The notes under the pieces were generated by a model, which was not told the DNA's origin, ran no database searches, and saw only the letters and a list, made by a program, of their open reading frames with translations. This document shows positions 49,648-59,909 of a DNA stretch of 64,000 bases, one piece after another (the stretch's first letter is position 1; each line of letters starts with the position of its first letter). The DNA comes from an uncultured Spirochaetota bacterium (GTDB lineage Bacteria; Spirochaetota; Spirochaetia; SZUA-6; Fen-1364). Position numbers and translations under genes: made by a program. The stretch is taken from contig CAVTHO010000005.1 of assembly GCA_963734545.1 (NCBI GenBank), positions 448,001-512,000 on the forward strand. The letters are read 5' to 3'.

Positions 49648-51048
49648 ATGCTGGATTCGAAGCGGAAGCCGAAAATCGGGATTCTTGGAATCATGCACGG
49701 CCTCTATGACGAGAAGCAGCCGCAGATCACGACGCAGCAGGAGGCGTTTGCCCGGCAGGTCGCCGCGCGGCTCGCCGATGTCGCCGATGTCGGGTTCTCC
49801 CACGCGGCAAAGAGCCGTCAGCAGATAGAGCAGGTGGTGCGCGATTTCAATACGCAGGGCTACGACGGGATAATGATCATCATGCTGCTGTACAGCCCGG
49901 GCTTCCGGCTCATCGGAGCGCTGCGGGACAACCGTCTGCCGGTCATGCTTGCCAACATCCAGCCGATTGCGAGCGTCACTGCTGATTGGGACTGGGCCCG
50001 GCTGACGACCAACCAGGGGATCCACGGCGCGCAGGACACCGGCAATATGCTCTTTCATGCCGGCGTGCGGCCTGCCGTGGTCACCGAGGACTGGCAGAGT
50101 GAAGAGTTCAAATCATTTGTCGGAGACTGGGCGCGTGCTGCCAAGACGGCCGGGGAGCTCCGGCGCATGCGCATCGCCTCTTTCGGCCGTATGAAGGGCA
50201 TGGGCGACATCGTCGGCAACGACGAGGTCATGCTGAGGGTCCTCGGCCCGGAGGTGAACTTCGAAGGCATCGGAGATGTCCGCAAGCGCATGGATCGCGT
50301 CACGGAGAAGGAGATCGACGCACAGGTGGCGGAGGATTCCCGCAACTTCACCGTCGATCCTCGATTGCCCCGTGAAAATCACCGCTACGCCGCGCGGCTT
50401 CAGCTCGGAATAGAGCAGTTTCTGAAGGAGTTCGCCTACGACGGCTACAGCGCGAACTTCGGCGTGTTCGAGGAGGATGGACGGTTCACCCAGATTCCGA
50501 TGCTCGCGGCGTCCAACCTCATGGCAAAGGGATACGCGTACTCCAATGAGGGCGATGTGCACACTGCTGCCATGGTGGGGGCCGGGCACGTCCTGGCGGG
50601 CGACGGCCACTTTACCGAGATGTACTCCCTGGACTTTGAAAAGGACTCCGCGCTCATGAGTCACATGGGGGAGGGAAACTGGAAGATCGCGCGGAAGGAC
50701 CGGCCTGTCCGCCTCATCGACCGGGAGCTGGAGATCGGCGGTCTCTCCAATCCGCCGACGGTCGTCTTCAGCGCGCAGCCCGGGCCGGCCACGCTCGTTT
50801 CCCTCGCGCCCCTCGAGGGGGTCGTGTACCGACTGGTGGTCTGCGAGGGGGAGATCCTCGATACGCCCGAGTACAAGGCCGTCCCGATGCCGTATTTCCA
50901 CTTCAAGCCGGACACCGGCATACGGCGGTCCATGGATAGCTGGATTCTGGCCGGCGGCACCCACCACCAGGCGCTCGTGCGGGGACGCCACCTGCGCCGC
51001 TGGAAAATGCTCTGCGAGATTCTGAAAGTCGACTGCGTCACGGTGTAG
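49648..51048 (+). CDS. araA: L-arabinose isomerase-like (L-fucose/L-arabinose isomerase family)
   Basis: NQGIHG, EGD, FTE, SHMGE, GGTHH metal/catalytic motifs; GH51 gene in the same operon. Confidence 0.8.
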   Translation: MLDSKRKPKIGILGIMHGLYDEKQPQITTQQEAFARQVAARLADVADVGFSHAAKSRQQIEQVVRDFNTQGYDGIMIIMLLYSPGFRLIGALRDNRLPVMLANIQPIASVTADWDWARLTTNQGIHGAQDTGNMLFHAGVRPAVVTEDWQSEEFKSFVGDWARAAKTAGELRRMRIASFGRMKGMGDIVGNDEVMLRVLGPEVNFEGIGDVRKRMDRVTEKEIDAQVAEDSRNFTVDPRLPRENHRYAARLQLGIEQFLKEFAYDGYSANFGVFEEDGRFTQIPMLAASNLMAKGYAYSNEGDVHTAAMVGAGHVLAGDGHFTEMYSLDFEKDSALMSHMGEGNWKIARKDRPVRLIDRELEIGGLSNPPTVVFSAQPGPATLVSLAPLEGVVYRLVVCEGEILDTPEYKAVPMPYFHFKPDTGIRRSMDSWILAGGTHHQALVRGRHLRRWKMLCEILKVDCVTV

Positions 51049-51091
51049 CAGCGGCCCCGTTCAGAGGCAGGATGGCGGGAGGGCGGAAGCG

Positions 51092-52603
51092 GTGGAAAAG
51101 CGATATGTCATGGCGATCGACCAGGGGACCACCGGCACCCGCGTGATCCTGTTCGACCACGAGGGAGAGGTGCATTCCAGCTCCTATCGGGAAATCCGCC
51201 AATACTATCCGAAGCCCGGATGGGTGGAGCACGACCCGCGGGAGCACTGGGACACCGTGATGGTCTGCACGAGGGAGGCCCTGGCGGAGGGCCGCGCCCG
51301 GCCCGAGGAGATCGCCGCCATTGGCATCACCTGCCAGAGGGAAACGACGATCCTGTGGGACCGAAGGACAGGGGCGCCGCTGTACAACGCCATTGTCTGG
51401 CAGTGCCGCAGGACCTCGGAGATGTGCGATGCGCTGAAGGCGGCCGGCCACGAGGCTCTCGTCCGCGAGCGAACGGGACTGTTCATCGACGCATACTTCT
51501 CGGGCACAAAGATCAAGTGGATCATCGAAAACGTGCCGGGCGTGAAGGAGAAAGTGAAGGACGGCGACGTGTGCATGGGTACCGTCGATTCGTGGATCAT
51601 CTGGAACCTTACGGCAGGGAGCTCCCACGTCACCGACTACAGCAATGCGGCGCGCACGATGCTGCTGAACACGCACACCCTGCAGTGGGACGATGAGCTG
51701 CTCGCCGCGTTCGGCGTTCCCCGATCGATCCTGCCCGAGCCCCGGCCTTCCAGCGGCATTCTTGCCGAAACCGCCCCCGGCGTTTTTCTCGGGGCGCGGG
51801 TGCCGATTGCCGGCGTGGCGGGAGACCAGAGCGCCGCCACCTTCGGACAGACCTGCTTCCGGCCGGGCATGGCCAAGAACTCGTACGGCACCGCCCTCGC
51901 GCTGATGATGAACCTCGGCGAGACAAGCGTGCTGTCCACCAACGGTCTTACCACTGATCTCCTGTGGCACGTCCACGGAAGAACGAGCTACGCCCTGGAA
52001 GGGGTCGTGTTCATCGGCGGCGCCGTTGTCCAATGGCTGCGCGACGGTCTGAAGATCATCTCCCGGGCAGAGGAGTGCAGCACGCTTGCCGCGACAGTGC
52101 CGGATACAGGCGGGGTGTACATGGTGCCCGCCTTCACCGGGCTGTGCGCTCCCTACTGGGACCAGTACGCGCGCGGGATGATCATCGGCCTCACACGGGG
52201 CAGCAGCCGGGAGCAGATCTGCCGCAGCGCGCTCGAGTCCATTGCCTATCAGGCGCGCGACTGCCTGGTGGCCATGGAAAAAGACTCCCGGCTGAAGCCC
52301 ACATCGCTGCGGGTCGACGGCGGGGCCACGAAGAGCGATTTCCTCATGCAGTTCCAGGCGGATATCCTGGGCATCCCCGTTGAACGACCCCGGGTCCAGG
52401 AGATGGCGTCCCGCGGAGCCGCCTACCTCGCCGGCCTGGGGACCGGATTCTGGCGCGACGAGGAGGAGCTTTCACGGCAATGGAAGCTCGAACGGACATT
52501 CGAGCCCGCGATCAGCGAAGATAGGCGGGAGGGTCTGTACGCGGGATGGCAGGAGGCGGTGAAACGCGCGCTGCGGTGGGAACGCCCGAAGGCCGGCGCA
52601 TAA
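51092..52603 (+). CDS. FGGY kinase, glycerol kinase-like; substrate uncertain
   Basis: IDQGTTG, QRETT, WQCRRT, YFSGTK, GDQ, LESIAYQ, RVDGG. Confidence 0.85.
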   Translation: MEKRYVMAIDQGTTGTRVILFDHEGEVHSSSYREIRQYYPKPGWVEHDPREHWDTVMVCTREALAEGRARPEEIAAIGITCQRETTILWDRRTGAPLYNAIVWQCRRTSEMCDALKAAGHEALVRERTGLFIDAYFSGTKIKWIIENVPGVKEKVKDGDVCMGTVDSWIIWNLTAGSSHVTDYSNAARTMLLNTHTLQWDDELLAAFGVPRSILPEPRPSSGILAETAPGVFLGARVPIAGVAGDQSAATFGQTCFRPGMAKNSYGTALALMMNLGETSVLSTNGLTTDLLWHVHGRTSYALEGVVFIGGAVVQWLRDGLKIISRAEECSTLAATVPDTGGVYMVPAFTGLCAPYWDQYARGMIIGLTRGSSREQICRSALESIAYQARDCLVAMEKDSRLKPTSLRVDGGATKSDFLMQFQADILGIPVERPRVQEMASRGAAYLAGLGTGFWRDEEELSRQWKLERTFEPAISEDRREGLYAGWQEAVKRALRWERPKAGA

Positions 52604-52620
52604 GACACGCGGAGGTTTCA

Positions 52621-54126
52621 ATGAAGGCGAAGGTCACGGTCCATGAGCAATTCCGCAGGGGAAAGGTCGACGACAGGTTCTTCGGTTCGTTCGTCGAGTA
52701 CCTCGGGCGGTCGATCTACGGCGGCATATACGACCCCGGCCATCCCACGGCGAACGCGGAGGGCTTCCGACGCGACGTGATGGATATCACCAGAGAGCTT
52801 CGCATCCCGATCATCCGTTACCCGGGGGGCAATTTCGTTTCGACCTACAATTGGGAGGATGGCATCGGCCCCGTGGAGGACAGACCGGCCCGGCTGGACC
52901 TCGCGTGGAAGGCGGTGGAGACCAACAGGGTGGGGCTCCACGAGTTTGCCCGGTGGGCGGAGGAGGTTTCCGCCGAGATCCTGATGACCGTGAACCTCGG
53001 GACCAGGGGTGTTCGGGAGGCTCTCAATCTCCTCGAGTACTGCAACCATCCACGCGGTTCGTACTGGAGCGACCTGAGGCGGAAAAACGGAAGAGAGGAG
53101 CCGTTCAATGTCAGGCACTGGTGCCTGAGCAACGAGCTCGACGGCGTCTGGCAGGTGGGTCAGAAGACCGCGGCGGAATACGGCCGGCTCGCCAACGAGA
53201 CGGCGAAAGCGATGAAGCTCCTCGACGGTTCGATCAAGGTATGCGCGTGCGGGAGCTCCTTCCGCCGGATGCCGACATTCCTGGAATGGGACCAGACAGT
53301 GCTCGACCTCTGCTACGACACGATCGACTTCCTTTCGCTGCATTCCTACCTCCGCAATGCGGAAAAGGACCCCGATACCTATCTGGCGGAATCCATGGAA
53401 ATGGATGAGATGATCGACCTGGCAGTCAAGATGTGCGACTGCGTCAAGGGCAGGAAAAAGAGCGCCCGCACCATCGACATCTCGTTCGACGAATGGAATG
53501 TGTGGCCCCGGGCCAGGGAAGACGACCGGTTCATCGACCCCTGGAGGATCGCCCCGCCGCTTCTCGAGGAGACCTATACCATGGAGGATGCGGCTGCCTT
53601 TGGCTGCATGCTCAATGTGCTCTTCCGGCATGCCGACCGGGTGAAGATTGCCTGCCTGTCGATGCTCGTGAATGTCTTCGGACCCCTCATGACCGAAAAT
53701 GGAGGGGCCCTCTGGAAGCAGACCATTTTCTACCCGTTCAGCTACGCGTCGCGCTATGGCCGGGGGGATTCGCTCGAGGTGCGTCTCGACAGCCCGAGCT
53801 ATGCGAATAGAGTTTACGGTCACGTTCCGTTTGTCGACGTGAGCGCGGTGTACAGCGAAGAGCGGGGAGAGGTCGCGCTTTTCGTGGTGAACCGCAGCCG
53901 CGGGGAGAGCGTCGAGTTGGAGACCACCCTGGCCGGATTCCAGAAGGCGAACATGGTCGAACAGGTCGTGCTGGACAGCAAAGAGCCGGGGGCGTGCAAC
54001 ACGAAGAGCTCCCCCGATGCGGTGGTGCCGCGCACGGTGAAGGGCGTCCGCATGGAAAAGGAAACCGCCCGTGTCCAGCTTCCGCCGTTGTCCTGGAACA
54101 TGCTGAGATTCACGGTCTCAAGCTGA
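52621..54126 (+). CDS. abfA: Alpha-L-arabinofuranosidase (GH51)
   Basis: RYPGGNFVS.YNWEDGIGP, WCLSNELDG, SFDEWNVW, ADRVKIAC. Confidence 0.92.
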   Translation: MKAKVTVHEQFRRGKVDDRFFGSFVEYLGRSIYGGIYDPGHPTANAEGFRRDVMDITRELRIPIIRYPGGNFVSTYNWEDGIGPVEDRPARLDLAWKAVETNRVGLHEFARWAEEVSAEILMTVNLGTRGVREALNLLEYCNHPRGSYWSDLRRKNGREEPFNVRHWCLSNELDGVWQVGQKTAAEYGRLANETAKAMKLLDGSIKVCACGSSFRRMPTFLEWDQTVLDLCYDTIDFLSLHSYLRNAEKDPDTYLAESMEMDEMIDLAVKMCDCVKGRKKSARTIDISFDEWNVWPRAREDDRFIDPWRIAPPLLEETYTMEDAAAFGCMLNVLFRHADRVKIACLSMLVNVFGPLMTENGGALWKQTIFYPFSYASRYGRGDSLEVRLDSPSYANRVYGHVPFVDVSAVYSEERGEVALFVVNRSRGESVELETTLAGFQKANMVEQVVLDSKEPGACNTKSSPDAVVPRTVKGVRMEKETARVQLPPLSWNMLRFTVSS

Positions 54127-54175
54127 CTTCCGCCCGTGTGTCGGCGAGGTCCGCCGTGCTGCCCCTGCGCGCGGG

Positions 54176-55725
54176 TCACCGGACCAGCCGGGACAGCAGA
54201 ACCGCGGCAAGAGTCACCGCCGCGCAGCTGGCGAAGTTCACCACATCGTTATTCACGAATGCCAGGCCGCGGGCCAGACGGTTGGGCACGCCCTCATCGG
54301 TGAAGGCGCGCTCCGTCACGAGGAGCGCGGGCCGCGCGGGGTTCGCGCTGCCTGCCGTGGACACGTACTGCGCCTGAAGAGTCCCCCCCAGCAGGCTGTC
54401 GAGCAGCGAGCCGAGAAAGCCGCCGGCCGCCACGAATGCCGCGACCCGGAAGAATCCTCCCGAAAGAAGGCCGAGTGAAAGGTTCTCCGCGGCAAAGATC
54501 AGCGCGATGAAAATGGCGCCGGCGAGAGACGCACCGAATCCGGCCGCGCTCACCCCTCCCGAGATCCCGCGCGGCACGGGACGCAGGCGGGGAAGAGAGA
54601 CCGGGTCCTTGCGCGACAGCACGCCCAGCTCGCTCGCCCACGTGTCCGCGTTCGACGAGGCGAATGACACGGCAAGCCCGGCCGCCCACGCGGGATCACG
54701 GGTGAGGCCGAAGAGAATGGCCATGAGCGCTCCCATTCCCCCATTGGCAAGGACCTGAAACAGGTCCCGCCTGTCGCCTTTCTGATGCATGCTTTTCAGC
54801 GCCTCTTTCTCCACGGAGCGCACCCAGCCGAGCGCCGTGGAGGAGACGAAAAACGCCATGAGAATGAGCCAGAAGAAAGGGCTCCCCACCGCGAAGATAA
54901 TGGTCCCGAGAATGGTGCCGACAACCGCTCCTCCGGGGTCCACCGAGCCGCGCCAGAGTGCCAGCACTGAAGCAGCCGCGTTGAGGGCGAGCCCGATCGC
55001 CAGCAGAATGACCAGGCTCACGTAAAGAGCCCCGCGTAGAAAAAAGCGGTGGCGAGGGGAACGGTGATATTGTCTATTCCCAGCGGCGTCACCGCCTCCA
55101 CGACCGTGGCGGCGAATGCCGTGAGGGCAGAGACGCCGAGGGCGGCAGCCGACGCGCCGAAACGCGGGCTGAAGACCAGCGTAAAGCCCAGGGTGACTGC
55201 GAACGAGGCGATGAACATGGCTACGGTCCCGGCGACGGTCTTTCTGCCGTGCCGCCAGAGGCGGATTTCGCCCCGGATGCGCGGGCCTTCGCCGCCGCTG
55301 CGGTCCCCGAAGATGGCGGCCAACCCGTCGCCCCATCCCAGCACGAGGACCGCGAGCCCGCCGACCCACACAGGTATGACAGCTCTCCAGCAGAGGTTGA
55401 CGAGAATCAGGAGGGATATGGGAAAGTAGACGGTTCCCCAGTTGCGGGCGTCCGCCCCCTCGTCCATGGCGGGCAGAAGATGCAGCCTGATTGCCAGCGC
55501 ATTGATGACGATGAAGCTCGCGGGGCCGACAGAGGCCACCCACGGATCGTCCATCAATGCCATGGCGATGAGCCACCAGTGAGCGACCCCGATGTGGATC
55601 ACCTTGCGCGTGATGACCGGCGCGAGAATCCCGCGGCGCATGAGAATCGTCGCGATGCCGATAAAGCCGAACACGAACGCGTATGAGACGACGATTCCCA
55701 GGACGTCACGAAGTGCGGCTGACAT
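54176..55725 (-). CDS. Phytol/polyprenol kinase-like domain fused to DUF92 (TMEM19), frameshift near 55035
   Basis: RKVIHIG, GWGDGLAAIFG, KTVAG, GIDNITVP; then GDRRD..QVLANGG, ADTWASELG, GISGGVS, DSLLGGTLQ, NNDVVN. Confidence 0.8.
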
Positions 55726-55851
55726 GGTGGTGAGTATACAGATTTGGCGGCAGGGGAGGCTATGGACCGCATGCACGACAGGCGTCCCGCGCTTGACAGC
55801 GGGCTTCCCGTTGCGTCACTCTCTCCGAGTTACCGCGGAAGGGGGCAGGGA

Positions 55852-56460
55852 ATGCAAAAGTGGCTGCGGCTGATCGTCGGCATAGGGCTCGCGGCGTGCG
55901 CGATAACGGGATGCACCACCTATCCCGCGCAGGTGACGCTCGATCCGGCCCGGTTCGAAAACAAGACCCTCCGCGTCGAATGGGCCATCGGCTCCAACTT
56001 CTTCAGGCTGAAGATCTCGAATCTGACAGATGCCTCTTTCGACCTCGATCTCGCCAACTCGGCGGTCGTTTCCGTGGACGGGGAGGCCCGTTACCTGCTG
56101 GCAGCCGGCAGGAAGGAAGTCGTCGTCATCCCGCCCCGCGCGTACATCATTGTCGCCTCTGAGCAGGGCGCCGTATTCGGAACGGACATATTCGGCCGGT
56201 TCAATGCAGAAAGCGAGGAAAAATATCCATTGCCGGGCGGCGGCATTCGCGCGGAGGACAGGACGTTCCTGAAGAGCCATGCCGGGGAGACTCTCCGGCT
56301 CTATCTTCTGGCGGAAGTGGAAGGGAAGAAGGCGGTCTTCGATATTCCCTTCAAGATCACCGGCGCATCGCGCGTGCTGCAGGGCGCGTCAGAAGACAGG
56401 AACGCGGCGGTTCCCGCCCCGCCGCCGGTGGTGAGCCCGCCTCCCCCCGCAAAGAAGTAG
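55852..56460 (+). CDS. Putative lipoprotein
   Basis: MQKWLRLIVGIGLAACAITG-C lipobox-like signal; Pro-rich tail. Confidence 0.65.
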   Translation: MQKWLRLIVGIGLAACAITGCTTYPAQVTLDPARFENKTLRVEWAIGSNFFRLKISNLTDASFDLDLANSAVVSVDGEARYLLAAGRKEVVVIPPRAYIIVASEQGAVFGTDIFGRFNAESEEKYPLPGGGIRAEDRTFLKSHAGETLRLYLLAEVEGKKAVFDIPFKITGASRVLQGASEDRNAAVPAPPPVVSPPPPAKK

Positions 56461-56529
56461 GCATCGCCTCCGCGGAAGCGCGCGTTCCCGCCTCCCGCGG
56501 GAATGTGCTATACTTCCCCCCCAAAACCC

Positions 56530-57696
56530 ATGGCAGAAATGCGCGAGCCTCTCCTCCATGCACGCCGCATCGTCATCAAGGTGGGCACTCGCGTGGCCAC
56601 AGAGGGAGACAATGCGTTCTCCGCCGAAGTGATCGGCACCCTCGTGAGGCAGATCGCCGCCTTGAGAGCCGTTTCGGGGGGGACCGAGGGGGCTCACGCG
56701 CGCTCCTTCATCATCGTGAGCTCGGGCGCCATTGCCCTGGGGCTCAACCGCATGAAGCTTTCCGCCCGTCCCAAGGAGATCAACCTCCTCCAGGCCGCGG
56801 CAGCGATGGGCCAGAGCAGGCTCATGCACGCGTACGAGCAGGAGTTCGAGGCGGTGCACACGGAAACCGCCCAGATCCTTCTCACCTACGAGGATATCAG
56901 GAGCAGGACGCGATATCTCAACATCAGGAACACGATCTTCACTCTCTGGTCATTCGGAGTGGTGCCGATCGTCAATGAGAATGACACGGTGTCATTCGCC
57001 GAGATACTGCGCTTCGGGGACAACGACATCATCTCCGCGCACCTGGCGAACATGCTCGACGCGGATCTGCTCGTCATTCTCACAGACACGGACGGCGTCT
57101 ACGACAAGGACCCCAAGGTATACGGGGATGCGCGGGTGCTGCGCACCGTCGCAAAGGTGACTGACAGCGTGCTGGCCGGCGCGGAGGGCAAGGGCTCCGC
57201 CTTCTCCACGGGCGGCATGGAATCGAAGATCAGGGCCGCGGACCTTGCGACACGGAGCGGGGTCGGAGTGGTCATTGCGCGCGGGGACGGCTGTGACCTT
57301 CCCGGCATCCTTGCCGGCAGGGAGATCGGGACCTGGTTCGTGCCCGTGCTGCGGAGAATGAAAGGCCGCAAGAAGTGGATGGCGTTCAACCCCCAGACCG
57401 AAGGCTCGATAGTCGTGGACCGGGGCGCCGAGAAGGCGATCCTGGAGCAGGGACGCTCGCTTCTTCCCGCGGGGGTGAGGGGCGTCAAGGGCGCTTTCGC
57501 CATGGGCAGCGTGATCTCCATCCTGGACGAGGAGGGCCGCGAGGTGGCCCGGGGTTTGAGCAACTTCTCCAGCGTCGAGCTGGAAAAGATCCGCGGCATG
57601 AACACGAACAGGATCCACGAGGTGCTGGGGGCGGAGGAGCACTTCGACGAGGTGGTCCACAGGGACAACCTGGTCGTGGTGGCAAAAGGAGACTGA
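56530..57696 (+). CDS. proB: Glutamate 5-kinase with PUA domain
   Basis: IVIKVGT, VSSGAI, AAMGQ, PIVNENDTV, FGDND, TGGMESK, SLLPAGV, VVHRDN. Confidence 0.96.
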   Translation: MAEMREPLLHARRIVIKVGTRVATEGDNAFSAEVIGTLVRQIAALRAVSGGTEGAHARSFIIVSSGAIALGLNRMKLSARPKEINLLQAAAAMGQSRLMHAYEQEFEAVHTETAQILLTYEDIRSRTRYLNIRNTIFTLWSFGVVPIVNENDTVSFAEILRFGDNDIISAHLANMLDADLLVILTDTDGVYDKDPKVYGDARVLRTVAKVTDSVLAGAEGKGSAFSTGGMESKIRAADLATRSGVGVVIARGDGCDLPGILAGREIGTWFVPVLRRMKGRKKWMAFNPQTEGSIVVDRGAEKAILEQGRSLLPAGVRGVKGAFAMGSVISILDEEGREVARGLSNFSSVELEKIRGMNTNRIHEVLGAEEHFDEVVHRDNLVVVAKGD

Positions 57697-57697
57697 A

Positions 57698-58948
57698 ATG
57701 GCCGACGTGCAGCATTACGTAGAGACACTGGCCGCGGCGGCGAAGAAGGCGTCCGTCGGGCTTCGGACCCTCACCGCATCCACGAAGAATGCCGCCCTCA
57801 TGGCAATGGCGCAATCCCTGGACACCCGCCGGGAGCCGCTGCGTGCCGCGAACGCGCGCGACCTGGAGCGCGGAAGGAACGCCGGCCTGTCCCGTGCCAT
57901 GCTCGACAGGCTCACCATCAGCGACGCGCGCATCGACGACATGATCGTTTCTCTGAAGGAAATTGCCGCCTTCGAGGACCCGGTCGGCGAAGTCATCGGA
58001 GTGCGCAGGCCCGCAGGCTTCACCCTGGAGAAGGTGCGCACCCCCATCGGAGTCGTTGCGATCATCTACGAGTCCCGGCCGAATGTCACGCTGGATGCGG
58101 CCGCGCTGTGCCTGAAATCGGGCAACGCGTCCATCCTGCGCGGAGGAAGCGAAGCCCTCGAAACGAGCAAGGCGCTGGTGGAGTGCATCCGCCTCGGTCT
58201 CGCTTCGGCCGGGGTGGACGGGGATGCCGTGCAATACGTGGAGCGGACCGAGTACGAGGCTATCGACCTGCTGGTGACGCAGGCGGGCACGGTGGACCTG
58301 GTGATCCCGCGCGGCGGAGAAGCGCTCATCCACAGGGTGGTGGAAAAGGCCACGGTACCGGTGATCAAGCACTACAAGGGAGTCTGCCATATCTATGTCG
58401 ACGAAAGCGCGGACCTGGCAATGGCCGCGGAAATCGTGACGAACTCCAAGGTGCAGCGGCCCGGCACCTGCAATGCCCTGGAGAAGGTTCTCGTGCACGA
58501 GGCTGTCGCCCCGCGGTTTCTGCCCATGATGCGGGAGAAGATGATGAACGTGGAGCTGCGCGGTGACGAGCGCACGCGCGCCATTCTGCCGGGCACAAAG
58601 AGCGCGACGGAAGACGACTGGTACGCGGAATACCTCGACCTGGTGCTCGCCGTGAAGGTGGTGAGCGGGCTTGAAGAGGCAGTGGCCCACATCGAGACCT
58701 ACGGCTCGCGCCATACGGACGGTATCGTGTCCCGCGACGCGCAGAATATCGAGCGCTTTCTCGGCATGGTGGACTCCTCGGTGCTCACCGTCAATGCGTC
58801 CACCCGGCTGAACGATGGGGGCATTTTCGGTCTCGGCGCAGAGATCGGTATCAGCACGGACAAGCTGCACGCCCGCGGGCCCATGGGGCTGAAGGAGCTC
58901 ACCACCTACAAGTGGGTACTGCGCGGAAACGGCGATCTGCGAAAATAG
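57698..58948 (+). CDS. proA: Gamma-glutamyl phosphate reductase
   Basis: IYESRPNVT, LRGGSEA, IPRGG, CNALE, NASTR, GAEIGIST.KLHARGPMG. Confidence 0.96.
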   Translation: MADVQHYVETLAAAAKKASVGLRTLTASTKNAALMAMAQSLDTRREPLRAANARDLERGRNAGLSRAMLDRLTISDARIDDMIVSLKEIAAFEDPVGEVIGVRRPAGFTLEKVRTPIGVVAIIYESRPNVTLDAAALCLKSGNASILRGGSEALETSKALVECIRLGLASAGVDGDAVQYVERTEYEAIDLLVTQAGTVDLVIPRGGEALIHRVVEKATVPVIKHYKGVCHIYVDESADLAMAAEIVTNSKVQRPGTCNALEKVLVHEAVAPRFLPMMREKMMNVELRGDERTRAILPGTKSATEDDWYAEYLDLVLAVKVVSGLEEAVAHIETYGSRHTDGIVSRDAQNIERFLGMVDSSVLTVNASTRLNDGGIFGLGAEIGISTDKLHARGPMGLKELTTYKWVLRGNGDLRK

Positions 58949-58949
58949 G

Positions 58950-59026
58950 GCGCCGCGGTACTCCGAGGATTCTTAGCGCCGCGGTACGGGGTACTCCCCG
59001 AACGGGTACTCCCGTACTCCGCGGAT
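58950..59026. repeat. Tandem CCGCGG-TACT hairpins, the second carrying a 30-nt insert (58988-59017)
   Basis: GCGCCGCGGTACTCCGAGGAT then GCGCCGCGGTAC[GGGGTACTCCCCGAACGGGTACTCCCGTAC]TCCGCGGAT. Confidence 0.85.
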
Positions 59027-59126
59027 CTACTTCGCCATTGTGCGGCTCGTTGTCCCCCGCACCGTTTGACGCTATTTTTGTTCCATGGGCACCGCAAAGC
59101 CGCACAAGGAAAGTATCTCAACCAGA

Positions 59127-59909
59127 ATGGGCAGGTCTTCCGCGCCGCAGGGGCCGCGGGGCGCCGCTTCCCGCCGCGCACTCCGCAGAACAGCGCTCCT
59201 GGCAACGGCGGCCGTGGTGGCCGTCGGAATTGCCGCGGGGATCATCGTCACCCTCCGCCCGGGCGGGAGCGGCGCCCCTGCATCGGCCGGCCCCCCCGCG
59301 GACAGGCTGAAGGAGACAGACCCGAGCCTTTCCGAGCTCGCCAGGGCCGCGGATGCGGTCGGCTTCCAACAGACCACCGGTCCCAGCGTCGGGGTGGTCG
59401 AAAACCTGCCCGTTGACACAACGCTCCTGCCGGGAAGCCCGAGCCTGCTTTCGGTCGGGGCGCTGGCGCCCGATTTCTCCCTCCAGACGCCTGCAGGCCA
59501 GCGCGTGCGGCTTTCCGACTTCAGGGGGCGGACCGTTCTCCTGGAGTTCTTCGCCACCTGGTGTCCTCATTGTCAGGCGGAGGTGCCTCACCTCATGAAG
59601 CTCCACTCCGCGCTACCGCAGGACCGCTTTGCCTTCGTGTCCGTGAACGCGGACAGCGAGGATGCGGCAAGCGTCTACGCGTTCCACCGCTGGTTCGGCA
59701 TCCCCTGGCAGACGCTCCTGGATCCCGGTACGCGCGCGGGCAATTTCTCGAAGGCCGGCAGCGCCGGACCGGTGACGGAGGCGTTCGGGGTGGCCCTCTA
59801 TCCTACTTTTTACATCATCGATGCGAAGGGGCGCATCGCGTGGCGGGGTGATCGGGAAAAGCCCGACGCTCTTCTCCTCAGAGAATTGATGCATGCCTCG
59901 GGAACATAG
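59127..59909 (+). CDS. Membrane-anchored TlpA/ResA-like thiol-disulfide oxidoreductase (start uncertain, 59085 possible)
   Basis: TM helix, APDFSL, LSDFRG, FFATWCPHC, YPTFYIID. Confidence 0.85.
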   Translation: MGRSSAPQGPRGAASRRALRRTALLATAAVVAVGIAAGIIVTLRPGGSGAPASAGPPADRLKETDPSLSELARAADAVGFQQTTGPSVGVVENLPVDTTLLPGSPSLLSVGALAPDFSLQTPAGQRVRLSDFRGRTVLLEFFATWCPHCQAEVPHLMKLHSALPQDRFAFVSVNADSEDAASVYAFHRWFGIPWQTLLDPGTRAGNFSKAGSAGPVTEAFGVALYPTFYIIDAKGRIAWRGDREKPDALLLRELMHASGT

